Positions 1 to 8,804 are shown, numbered from the stretch's first letter. The stretch is DNA of 41,550 nt from an uncultured Collinsella sp. (GCA_958421035.1 CATZKS010000001.1:1-41550), one strand, 5' to 3'. The notes: generated by a model from the letters alone, not told the origin. Program-made: numbers and translations.

Positions 1-5
1 AAGAG

Positions 6-31
6 AAGAGGCGGGGCATGCCCCGCCTCTT
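6..31. terminator. Perfect 26-bp palindrome, likely intrinsic terminator of a gene outside the window
   Basis: AAGAGGCGGGGCATGCCCCGCCTCTT is its own reverse complement; GC-rich stem. Confidence 0.6.
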
Positions 32-72
32 ACACCACATCTCTGCGCGCTACCTCCCTAACGACTATTCTG

Positions 73-316
73 GAGGGCTGTGTGCAAAAAAGGGCAAATA
101 TGAGTACTGTTGCCATTATGGTTGCATTTATTGTACTCAAAAATGAGGTTCCTGATAAGATTTAATACTATTAGGCGTCTCCTTTATTGTACATATGGGG
201 AGAAATAACGCCGTCTACGGACGCTTGGGGCGTTGAATGACCCCCGAAATGATTAAAATCGCTGTTAGTAAATAAGTAGCAGTACTCATATTTGCCATTT
301 TTTGAACACGGTCCTC
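73..316. mobile_element. MITE-like non-autonomous element or IS remnant with 37-bp imperfect terminal inverted repeats
   Basis: 73-109 and 280-316 are reverse complements at 33/37 positions; AT-rich interior with no ORF in the track. Confidence 0.55.
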
Positions 317-382
317 TAAGGAGACCTTTCCAGAGACGTCAGACGGCCTCAAACAGCCATAATCCAAAGGCCATCTCAAACA

Positions 383-413
383 ACTAGTCATTTAAGAACG
401 TCCCCAATGACTA
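383..413 (+). repeat. ACTAGT-bounded dispersed repeat, copy 1
   Basis: ACTAGTCATTTAAGAACGTCCCCAATGACTA is 30/31 identical to 17214-17244. Confidence 0.8.
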
Positions 414-427
414 CCTCTGCAAAAAAC

Positions 428-482
428 TGTACACCAGCATCCAAAGATGTCGAAAAATGTCGACTTTGGATGCTGGTGTACA
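428..482. repeat. Perfect 19-bp inverted repeat with 17-nt loop (hairpin/terminator downstream of the glutaredoxin gene)
   Basis: TGTACACCAGCATCCAAAG (428-446) / CTTTGGATGCTGGTGTACA (464-482). Confidence 0.75.
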
Positions 483-529
483 TGTTTAGGCCGTATGGGG
501 TGGGGCCTTGGACGGACGGGATGCGCGTG

Positions 530-775
530 TTAGAGCAGGTTTTTCTGTGCCCACGCGATGATGTCACTCGACTCGTAGAGTGGCTTGCCGTCGATGAACA
601 GGCAGGGAACCTGGCGCTTTCCGCCGACGGCGATGAGTGTCTGCTCGGCTTCGATATCGGTCGAGATATTGCGCTCGGGAATGGTCACGCCGTTATCCGC
701 CAGGAAGCGCTTGACTTTTATGCAATACGGGCAGCCGGTCATAACGTAGAGCACGAGCTCGTGATCAGTCGCCAT
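530..775 (-). CDS. Glutaredoxin / NrdH-like redoxin
   Basis: 81 aa; CPYC active site, QVP cis-Pro motif, LYESSDI; GGAG RBS upstream. Confidence 0.9.
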   Translation of the reverse strand: MATDHELVLYVMTGCPYCIKVKRFLADNGVTIPERNISTDIEAEQTLIAVGGKRQVPCLFIDGKPLYESSDIIAWAQKNLL

Positions 776-826
776 GGGTCTCCAATCGGTTGAGGTTTCG
801 ATTGAAATACCCCAAGCCGCCGCGAT

Positions 827-1654
827 CTATGCACGCGTCAACGACGACTCGATGGCCTGAACTAGAAACGCCGTGGCTCCGGTGCCGCAGGGCTTGTCGT
901 AGTAGTCAACAAAGCGCTGGTCGGCAAGATAGCCATGGGCGAGGCCCAGGTACGCCTCGTCTTGGGGCTCGTGTCCCCAGTTAAGGCCAATCCATCGACG
1001 GTGCATTGCAACCAGTTTCTGGGCTTCGTTGCTCTCTGGGTCGCCAATGCCCATGGCAATCGAGAGCTGGCCCAGAATAGCGCGTTCAAGTTCCTTCATG
1101 TCGTTCCATGTCTCGGGGTCCATGTCCAGCAGCGCTTCGTTTGCCGCATCGACGGCTTCATCGCCGTAGCGCGCCCGGGCCTCGGCGCCGTAGCGCTCCT
1201 CGTTTTCCTGCACGGTGCGCCAGCGCTCCAGTTGCGGCAGCACGGCGCCCATAAGCGAGACGGCTTCGTCGAGCGACATACCGGTGTTTTGCGCCAGCCG
1301 CGGGGCACAATCCTCGATCATTGTCTCCATCGTGGTCTCGTAGGTGTACTTGCCGTGGTCGTAGCACCACTTGCAGTAATGATCGGTCGCGGCGCCCGCA
1401 GCATCGGTACCGCAGTCGTCGGGCGTGAGTATCATGCCGCAGCTCTGGCAATAATGCTCGGGCATTTCGAGCAGGTGAGACAGGGGCTCGCCGGTCACGG
1501 CGGCAATGAGCTTCATCATGTCGATGCCCGGTGTGACTTCGCCGCGCTCCCACCGGCTGACGGCTTGGCGTGTGACGAAAAGCCTGGCGGCGAGCTGCTC
1601 TTGGGTAAGGTGATGGGCGCGACGGACAGCGATGAGCTTTTCTGCAAAGGCCAT
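827..1654 (-). CDS. XRE-family HTH regulator fused to a zinc-ribbon domain and a TipAS-like antibiotic-recognition domain
   Basis: N-terminal LTQEQLAARLFVTRQAVSRWERG; YCQSCGM...YCKWCY zinc ribbon; C-terminal EARARYGDEAV...HRRWI...YLADQRFVDYYD resembles TipAS; AAGGAG RBS. Confidence 0.8.
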   Translation of the reverse strand: MAFAEKLIAVRRAHHLTQEQLAARLFVTRQAVSRWERGEVTPGIDMMKLIAAVTGEPLSHLLEMPEHYCQSCGMILTPDDCGTDAAGAATDHYCKWCYDHGKYTYETTMETMIEDCAPRLAQNTGMSLDEAVSLMGAVLPQLERWRTVQENEERYGAEARARYGDEAVDAANEALLDMDPETWNDMKELERAILGQLSIAMGIGDPESNEAQKLVAMHRRWIGLNWGHEPQDEAYLGLAHGYLADQRFVDYYDKPCGTGATAFLVQAIESSLTRA

Positions 1655-1684
1655 AACGGCTCCTTTCTGCTGGTTGATGGCTTA

Positions 1685-1728
1685 AGCATACGCAGCTGCC
1701 GACTCTCTTCCAAGCAACCGTTGGTTGC
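1685..1728 (-). promoter_or_regulatory. Putative promoter (TTGGAA-N17-TATGCT) with adjacent palindromic operator GCAACC-GTT-GGTTGC
   Basis: Palindrome at 1714-1728 abuts the -35 (1708-1713); -10 at 1685-1690; upstream of the XRE gene. Confidence 0.45.
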
Positions 1729-1795
1729 ACGGCGGGGGACCGCGGCGAAAAATTGCGCGCAGCGCCCCACACCTCCATGCCGTACAATGACCGGC

Positions 1796-2533
1796 ATGGA
1801 ACCTATTGCACACATACATACCGACCTGCCGCAGAAGTTCGGCATTCCGCGCAACAGCTTTTTGGCGCCCCATCTGCAGGGACGCATCCTATTTGAGCCG
1901 GAATTTGCCTCCAATGCAGCGGTTGAGGGTCTGGACTCCTTCTCTCACCTATGGCTGCTGTGGCGCTTCGAAAATGGAACGCCCGGCGGCACGGCTAAGG
2001 ATATAGCTGCCGATGCCAAGTCGCAGGACAGGCCCGGCGCCAACGTCAAGTGGTCGAAGACCGTGCGTCCGCCGCGTCTGGGCGGAGCCGAACGCGTGGG
2101 CGTGTTTGCCACGCGCAGTCCGTTTCGCCCTAATCCCATCGGGCTCACCTGCGTCAAGCTCGATCGTGTCGAGCTCACCGACAATGGTCCGATCATCCAT
2201 GTGCTGGGGGCCGACCTGCGCGACGGTACACCCATCTACGACATTAAGCCCTACATTCCGTTTGCGGACTGCCACCCGGATGCGACCGGCGGCTGGATTG
2301 AGGATGCTCCGTGGCAAGAGCTCGATGTTGAGTTTCCGCAGGCGCTACAAGACATGGTCCCGCCCGCAAAGCTCCCCGGCGTGGTCGAGGTCCTACGCCA
2401 AGACCCGCGCCGCGCAGGCAGCAAGCACGAGCCAAACCGCATTTACCACTTGGCTTACGCCGGGCTTGACATATCGTTTACGGTCGATGAAACCCAGCTA
2501 ACCGTAGTCGCCGTCAACGACGCGCAAGACTAG
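1796..2533 (+). CDS. trmO: tRNA (t6A37-N6)-methyltransferase TrmO/TsaA
   Basis: KFGIPR, VRPPRLGG, GVFATRSPFRPNPIG, DGTPIYDIKPY, QDPR motifs; true start likely ATG 1796, 7 nt after TACAAT. Confidence 0.9.
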   Translation: MEPIAHIHTDLPQKFGIPRNSFLAPHLQGRILFEPEFASNAAVEGLDSFSHLWLLWRFENGTPGGTAKDIAADAKSQDRPGANVKWSKTVRPPRLGGAERVGVFATRSPFRPNPIGLTCVKLDRVELTDNGPIIHVLGADLRDGTPIYDIKPYIPFADCHPDATGGWIEDAPWQELDVEFPQALQDMVPPAKLPGVVEVLRQDPRRAGSKHEPNRIYHLAYAGLDISFTVDETQLTVVAVNDAQD

Positions 2534-2645
2534 CCAGCCATTCGTCCGCACACGTCAAATTAAGCGCCAAACCTCATGCCAAAACCGCCCGCGCTGGTGG
2601 ACAATAACGCCTATCGAAACAGCCTACTTTGCACGGGAGTTCAGC

Positions 2646-3857
2646 ATGAAATACGACTTTAGCTCGCTTATCGACCGTCACGGCATGGACTCTATCGCTG
2701 TTGACTCTTGGGGCGAGGTCCCCGGTATGGCCCCGAACGCACCCGACGAGGGCTTCGACCGCATACCCATGTGGGTGGCGGACATGAACTTCGCCACGGT
2801 GCCCACGGTCCAGGAGCACATCATTCAGCGCGTCCATCACCCCATGTTTGGCTACTTCAATCCGCGTCCCGAGTACTTCGATCGCATCATCGAATGGCAG
2901 AGCCGCCGTAATGGCGTCGAGGGCCTGGCACCTGAGCATATCGGCTATGAAAACGGCGTGCTGGGCGGTGTCGTGTCGACGCTGCGCGCGTATGTCCAGC
3001 CGGGCGATGCGGTACTGGTCCACAGCCCCACCTACATCGGCTTTACCAAGTCCATCGAAGCCGCGGGCTATCGCATTGTCCACAGCCCGCTTAAGCTCGA
3101 CGAGCAGGGCGTGTGGCGCATGGACTTTGAGGACATGGAGCACAAGCTCACCCAAAACCTCATTCATGCCGCGGTGTTCTGCTCGCCGCACAATCCCTGC
3201 GGCCGCGTATGGGAGCGCGATGAGATCGAGCGCGCCATGGACATCTATCGCCAGCACGATTGCGTGGTGATCTCGGACGAGATTTGGTCCGATATCATTC
3301 TGCCGGGTCACAAGCATATCCCGACGCAGTCGGTGAGCGAGGATGCCCGCATGCGCACGGTTGCCCTCTATGCGCCGAGCAAGACGTTTAACCTGGCGGG
3401 TCTCGTCGGCAGCTACCACATCATCTACAACGAGACGCTGCGCGACCGCATGTGCGCCGTGTCTAACAAGACCCATTACAACGAGATGAATGTCCTTTCG
3501 ATGCATGCGCTTATCGGTGCCTACCAGCCGCAGGGCTACGAGTGGGTGGACGAGCTCAACCAGGTGCTTGCCGGCAATATCGAGTACTTCTGCACGTATG
3601 CAGAAAAACAATGGAAGGGCGTCGCGTTTTCGCGTCCGCAGGGCACGTACATGGTGTTTCTGGACTGCACCGAGTGGTGTCGCGAGCATGGCCGTGATAT
3701 TCAGTGGCTGCTCGACGAGGGCGCCCGCGTGGGCGTGGGGTATCAGGATGGCCGTCCGTTCCACGGGCCCTGCCACATTCGCGTGAATCTGGCGCTGCCG
3801 CTTTCGCGCGTAAAAGAGGCGTGCGACCGCCTAGACCGCTACGTTTTTGGGGTATAG
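2646..3857 (+). CDS. MalY/PatB family PLP-dependent C-S lyase (cystathionine beta-lyase-like)
   Basis: PMWVADMNF, CSPHNPCGRVW, SDEIW, APSKTFNLAG (PLP lysine). Confidence 0.9.
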   Translation: MKYDFSSLIDRHGMDSIAVDSWGEVPGMAPNAPDEGFDRIPMWVADMNFATVPTVQEHIIQRVHHPMFGYFNPRPEYFDRIIEWQSRRNGVEGLAPEHIGYENGVLGGVVSTLRAYVQPGDAVLVHSPTYIGFTKSIEAAGYRIVHSPLKLDEQGVWRMDFEDMEHKLTQNLIHAAVFCSPHNPCGRVWERDEIERAMDIYRQHDCVVISDEIWSDIILPGHKHIPTQSVSEDARMRTVALYAPSKTFNLAGLVGSYHIIYNETLRDRMCAVSNKTHYNEMNVLSMHALIGAYQPQGYEWVDELNQVLAGNIEYFCTYAEKQWKGVAFSRPQGTYMVFLDCTEWCREHGRDIQWLLDEGARVGVGYQDGRPFHGPCHIRVNLALPLSRVKEACDRLDRYVFGV

Positions 3858-3953
3858 GGGTCGCACGATTCGGGTACCGCGGCTTGTGCCCATGTCGTCA
3901 ATGTGCGTGGGCGCATAGAGCGCAGAGGGTTGCGAGTGCGTTTTCCACGTTCG

Positions 3954-4433
3954 CTACTTTTCTTGAATTTGCTTGCCGCAAAGGTGCTCAATCGTAATTT
4001 CATACAGTTGGACGCCTCTGATACTTTGCTTGATTTCCTCTTCGACCTCTTCGGCAGAAGGATAGTACTTGAGGGCAAACTGTCGGACTTTGTCTTCGAC
4101 AAACGCCGGGTCATCGTTCACGAGGCGGCAACGGCCAAAAACCACGGTGCTCTGAACATAGGGTGCCCAGTCGTCGTCTTTATACCAATCGTTGCCATAG
4201 ACGGTAAAGCAGACTTTGTCGCTGCGTTTGAGCGCATCGACCTTATGCCCTGCCTTGGCTCCATGAAAGTAAATTTTGTCGTGCTCGGGGTCAAAGTAGT
4301 AGTTAACGGGAATGGCGTAAGGATAGCCGTCGTCTCCGTTGACGGCAAAAACGCCGCGCTTGCAATTGACGAGCAGCTCTCGTGCCTCTTGATCGGTGAT
4401 AGCACGCTTCTTTCTGCGAAGAGGTCTAAACAT
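3954..4433 (-). CDS. Pyridoxamine 5'-phosphate oxidase-like / Nim-family flavin-binding protein
   Basis: MFRPLRR start, GYPYAIPVNY, IYFHGAKAGHK, KVCFTV, STVVFG. Confidence 0.8.
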   Translation of the reverse strand: MFRPLRRKKRAITDQEARELLVNCKRGVFAVNGDDGYPYAIPVNYYFDPEHDKIYFHGAKAGHKVDALKRSDKVCFTVYGNDWYKDDDWAPYVQSTVVFGRCRLVNDDPAFVEDKVRQFALKYYPSAEEVEEEIKQSIRGVQLYEITIEHLCGKQIQEK

Positions 4434-4688
4434 CGTGGACTTCCTTTCTTTCCGCGTGCTGCGTGCACGACGGTGGGCGGTGTGTCTATATCAAGATACT
4501 AGTTCAGGCTGCGAGGCCGACGGGAACGCCCCGTTTTCCGCAGATTGAAACGTGCTCTTGTTTGTCGTGGGAGGATTGTTCCTCACAACCCGTCGTTTAG
4601 AAGCGTTCTTGATGACTAGTTCCGTTTGCGGGGGAGGCGTGGGACAATACCGAGCGAACGTGATTGGTTGTCCGTGGAAAGGGTCGCG

Positions 4689-5114
4689 ATGAAAAAGCTC
4701 AGGACGCTTGCTGACGTTTTGCGCCAGGCGGGCTTTGTGCGCATTACGGAGCTGTTCCTCGTCTTCTATCTGCTGTGCTCGACGGCTGTCTGGCTGTCCG
4801 AGCCCACGACCCTCACGTTTGGCGATGGTCTCTGGTTTAGCTTTGAGACGGTCTCGACCATCGGCTTTGGCGATATCCCGGCCGAAACGCCGGTCGCTCG
4901 CGCTATTACCGTCGTCCTGAGCGTTATCAGCATCTTCTACATCGCCATGCTCACGGGTGTGGCGGTGAACTACTGCAATACGCTCATTAAGCTGCGCCAA
5001 AAGGACACCATGGCGCGCTTTATGGACGATCTTGAGCATTTGGAAGAGCTCGATCGCGACGAGCTCGCCGATCTTTCGCGTCGTGTGCGCGAATATCGCC
5101 GACGCCAACGCTAA
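4689..5114 (+). CDS. Minimal two-TM potassium channel (Ion_trans_2, KcsA-like)
   Basis: TVSTIGFGD selectivity filter between two hydrophobic helices; start ATG 4689 after GAAAGGG. Confidence 0.85.
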   Translation: MKKLRTLADVLRQAGFVRITELFLVFYLLCSTAVWLSEPTTLTFGDGLWFSFETVSTIGFGDIPAETPVARAITVVLSVISIFYIAMLTGVAVNYCNTLIKLRQKDTMARFMDDLEHLEELDRDELADLSRRVREYRRRQR

Positions 5115-5150
5115 AGCGGGCGCCGTGCGTCACGACGAGGGGGATTGCAT

Positions 5151-5684
5151 ATGAACATCACGGTATACCTGGGCGCCAGCGTTGGTAACGACCCAGCATT
5201 TCTGCCTGCGGTGCAAGAATTGGGCAACTGGATTGGCTCCAACGGGCACGCGCTGGTATACGGCGGGTCCAAATCGGGCCTGATGGGCGCGCTTGCCGAT
5301 AGCGTGCTCGGGGCAGGCGGACACGTGACGGGCGTTGAGCCGAGCTTTTTTATCGAGGCGGAGTTCCAGCACGAGGGCATCGATGACCTTATCGTTACAA
5401 GTGACATGGCCGAGCGCAAAGCCAAGATGATCGAGCTCGGTGATGCGTTCATCGCATTTCCGGGCGGCACGGGCACGCTCGAGGAGATTGCCGAGGTTAT
5501 GTCCGCGGTATCGTTGGGGCACCTGAGTGCTCCGTGCATCTTGTATAACCTGGACGGTTACTACAACGACCTCAAGGCGCTGCTCGGGCATATGATTGAT
5601 AAAGGGCTTTCGAGCCCGAGGCGTCAGCAAGGCATCTACTTTGCCGACGATTTGCGCGAGATTGCCTCGATTATCAACGGATAA
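5151..5684 (+). CDS. LOG-family (TIGR00730) phosphoribohydrolase / Rossmann-fold protein
   Basis: LVYGG, GLMG, MAERK, PGGTGTLEE signature. Confidence 0.9.
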   Translation: MNITVYLGASVGNDPAFLPAVQELGNWIGSNGHALVYGGSKSGLMGALADSVLGAGGHVTGVEPSFFIEAEFQHEGIDDLIVTSDMAERKAKMIELGDAFIAFPGGTGTLEEIAEVMSAVSLGHLSAPCILYNLDGYYNDLKALLGHMIDKGLSSPRRQQGIYFADDLREIASIING

Positions 5685-5809
5685 GTCTTGAGCCTGCCCC
5701 ACTATGACTCCCAATGGTGCCGTTTGCAGCGCAGATGGTTGGTTCGTTCGGGCAACGCTCACTCTACAATAAAACGTATCTATGTCGACTTTGACCGCGG
5801 GAGGACCCG

Positions 5810-7114
5810 ATGGATAACCTTGCCAAACCCACAAACCGCGCGCTGTTTTTGGTTAGCGTTGCCGTGACCGGTGCGTTCGCGGGTGCCGCGGTCTGGCTGT
5901 TCTTTTTTGCGATGGAGCATGGTATCGACTATCTATGGACCGAGATTCCGCATATGCTGGGCGTCGCTTCGCCCGAGCTTGCCAGCGGCCCGTTTGGCTT
6001 TCTGCCGTACCCGTTTTTTGTCTGCCTGCTGGGCGGCCTGTTAATCGGTCTGTTCGAAAAGATGACGGGCACCAAGACCGATGACCTCAACCAGGTGATG
6101 GCTAAGGTTAAGCAAGACGGGCGCTACCCGTACGACAACCTGGGCAAGCTTTCGCTCGCGGCATTGCTGCCGCTGCTGTTTGGCGGAAGTATTGGACCGG
6201 AGGCCGGCCTGACCGGCGTTATCGCGGGTCTGTGCAGCTGGGTCGGCGACCGCATGCGTCACTTTGGCGCCGAGTTTAGGGAGCTTACGCTGCTGGGCAC
6301 CCAGGCTGCCCTGACGGCGCTCTTTACCGCGCCCGTCTTTGGCTTTGTGGCGCCGCTCGCCGGTAGCGCTGACGGCCAGGGCGAAGACGCCCACGATGAG
6401 TCCGCGTCCGACGAGATCACCATCAAGCTGCCCAAGGCGCAAAAGACGGTGGTCTATGGCATTGCGATTGCAGGCGGTCTGGGTACCTACCTGCTGCTTG
6501 GCCAGCTTGTGGGCGGCGGCATGGGCATGCCCAGGTTCGAGTCCGCCGAGGTGGGCAACCTGGAACTTGTCTGGCTCATTCCGCTGGCGTTGGTCGGCAC
6601 CGTATGCGGTTGGCTGTACTTTGTCTCCGAGCATGCAAGCGAGGCGTTGTCCCATGCAATAGGGGAGCGTCCTGTCGTCAAGGCCATGCTAGCCGGTCTG
6701 ACGCTCGCCATCTGTGGCACGGTCCTGCCCTACACCATGTTTGCCGGCGAGACTCAGGCCGATGTGCTCATGGAAACCTATCTGACCATTCCCGCCGGCG
6801 TGCTTATTTTGACCGGTCTGGTTAAGGCCATGCTGACCCCCGCCCTCATCAATATGGGCTGGCGCGGCGGCCATTTCTTCCCCGTCATCTTCTCGGGCGT
6901 AAGCCTGGGCTACGGCTTTGCCGTCCTCACCGGCGCCGATCCGGTCTTTTGCGTCGCCGTCTGCACGGCATCGACGATGGGTGCGGTCATGCGTCAGCCG
7001 TTCATGGTTGTGGGCCTGCTGCTTATGTGTTTCCCACTCAAGGGTATCGTCTGCATGATCATCGCCGCAGCCATTGCCGCCGGCATTCCACTGCCCAAGC
7101 CGCTGCGCAAGTAA
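5810..7114 (+). CDS. ClC-family chloride/anion channel or transporter
   Basis: Multi-TM protein; GGSIGPEAG and GWRGGHFFP correspond to ClC motifs. Confidence 0.8.
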   Translation: MDNLAKPTNRALFLVSVAVTGAFAGAAVWLFFFAMEHGIDYLWTEIPHMLGVASPELASGPFGFLPYPFFVCLLGGLLIGLFEKMTGTKTDDLNQVMAKVKQDGRYPYDNLGKLSLAALLPLLFGGSIGPEAGLTGVIAGLCSWVGDRMRHFGAEFRELTLLGTQAALTALFTAPVFGFVAPLAGSADGQGEDAHDESASDEITIKLPKAQKTVVYGIAIAGGLGTYLLLGQLVGGGMGMPRFESAEVGNLELVWLIPLALVGTVCGWLYFVSEHASEALSHAIGERPVVKAMLAGLTLAICGTVLPYTMFAGETQADVLMETYLTIPAGVLILTGLVKAMLTPALINMGWRGGHFFPVIFSGVSLGYGFAVLTGADPVFCVAVCTASTMGAVMRQPFMVVGLLLMCFPLKGIVCMIIAAAIAAGIPLPKPLRK

Positions 7115-7204
7115 TACGGTGGCGCACGCCGGGGACATGCCGTTTGCCACGGATTTGCGGGGAGGGGTGGCAATCGTGCCCTTCGTGGATTGAGGCTCGC
7201 GTCG

Positions 7205-7903
7205 CTACAGGTCGCGTGCTCGATAAACCTTGGTGCTGACGGTGCAGCTGATTGCGCATAGCGCGAGGGCCAGCACGGCAATTCCTGCGCACAGACAGCC
7301 AAGAACGGCAGGATCGGGATTCGCTCCGGCAATCGACATAAGCCAGTTGCTGATGGGGTTGGAGGAGCTCAGCGTGGCCATGGCAAGGCACCCGAGCAGG
7401 GCAAACAGGCCAACGGATAGGCGCAGCGCCTCCATGTGTCCAAATCGAAAGAACAGCGGCTGTGCCAAAAACACCATCATGAGGGAGATGAGCATCGATG
7501 CCGCCGAGGCGGTTGCGATTTCAAAGATCGTCTGGCATGTCGAAGGGATGCCCATGGGGTCGAAGAGCGGAAGGGCGAGGATGTTCAGAAGCGTAGCCGC
7601 GCATGCCATGACGACCGAGAAGACAACGATGCACAGGTAGCGTGCGCAAATAATGTCTTTGCGCGAGAAGGGTAACGTTGCTCGATAACGCTCCCAGCCG
7701 TTTTGGTTATCGTAGCCAGCTAGCGAGTTCATGATTATGATGGGCGACATTGCGCTGACGGCGCAGGCGCCGGCGCTCATACCGGAATCGCCGTCTGTCG
7801 CGTTGGCAAGGGTCAATACGACGAATATGAACAGGCCGACGCCCGCGATGCTCGGGAGAAACGAGCGCATGATGGCGGTCTCGGACATAAAGGCGCGTTT
7901 CAT
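7205..7903 (-). CDS. ABC-2 type transporter permease
   Basis: About 6 TM segments; YDNQNGW...TLPFSRKDII..RY motif; overlaps the ATPase stop by 4 nt. Confidence 0.8.
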   Translation of the reverse strand: MKRAFMSETAIMRSFLPSIAGVGLFIFVVLTLANATDGDSGMSAGACAVSAMSPIIIMNSLAGYDNQNGWERYRATLPFSRKDIICARYLCIVVFSVVMACAATLLNILALPLFDPMGIPSTCQTIFEIATASAASMLISLMMVFLAQPLFFRFGHMEALRLSVGLFALLGCLAMATLSSSNPISNWLMSIAGANPDPAVLGCLCAGIAVLALALCAISCTVSTKVYRARDL

Positions 7904-8781
7904 TTCGAAGCTCCTTTCAGCGTGAGGCGTAGATAGTCGTCAATGGTTGCCCGATCGCAGGGAATCTCGGGGAAGGCCTCGAGCGTTTCGCGACGGTTGG
8001 GCACGAGCACGTCCACGCTATAGGCGTGGTGGGCGGCACGGGCGCCTTCGACGCAAGCCATAAGCTCGGCGGCCTGCGCTTGGGTGCAGTGGGCGATGCC
8101 GGCGCGGTCGGTAATGTCCTCGCGCGGCAGATCAAACACAATCGAACCGTTATCGATGCAGATGATGCGGTCGGCGGCACGATCGAGGTCGGACGTAATG
8201 TGGCTCGAGAGCAGCACGCTGTGCTGGCCGTCGGCGACAAAGGCAAGCAGCTCATCGAGCAGCTCCTCGCGTGCCATGGGATCGAGGCCCGCGGTGGCTT
8301 CGTCCAAAACGAGCAACTTGGCATTGTGACTGAGTGCACAGACAAGCTGCAGCTTCATGCTCATGCCGCGGGAGAGGTCCTTGACCTTTGCCTTGGGATC
8401 CAAGCCAAATCGGTCGATGAGGCTGGCGAAGGTGCCGTGGCTCCAGGTGGGGTACGCCGGGCTTACGAGTGCCTCAACTTCGGTCACCTTGAGCGTGGAA
8501 GGGAAAGGACACGTGTCCAGCACGAGGCCGACACGGGCGTGCAAGCAACGCTGCGCTTCATCGGGCGCGTCGGCGCCACAGTGCTGCCCAAACAGGTACA
8601 CCTCGCCGGCATCGAGCTTTATAAGCCCGAGCGCGGCGCGAATGGTCGTTGTCTTGCCGGCGCCGTTTGCGCCTACAAAGCCAACGATCTGGCCGGGCTC
8701 CACAGCGAGCGTGACGTCGCGTAGTGAAAAGCGGTCGCTCACACGGCGTGAGATGCCTTTGAGTTCTAAAAGGTTTTGCAT
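7900..8781 (-). CDS. ABC transporter ATP-binding protein (YtrB-like)
   Basis: GANGAGKTT, LSRGM, LVLDEATAGLD, SSH; start MQNLL at 8781 with AAAGG RBS. Confidence 0.9.
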   Translation of the reverse strand: MQNLLELKGISRRVSDRFSLRDVTLAVEPGQIVGFVGANGAGKTTTIRAALGLIKLDAGEVYLFGQHCGADAPDEAQRCLHARVGLVLDTCPFPSTLKVTEVEALVSPAYPTWSHGTFASLIDRFGLDPKAKVKDLSRGMSMKLQLVCALSHNAKLLVLDEATAGLDPMAREELLDELLAFVADGQHSVLLSSHITSDLDRAADRIICIDNGSIVFDLPREDITDRAGIAHCTQAQAAELMACVEGARAAHHAYSVDVLVPNRRETLEAFPEIPCDRATIDDYLRLTLKGASK

Positions 8782-8804
8782 GGTATAGCCTTTCTTGCAG
8801 ATGG

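Noticed and set aside
935..1795. N-terminal extension of the trmO ORF (532 aa)
   Set aside because: Antisense shadow of the XRE gene; TrmO similarity starts at about 1796
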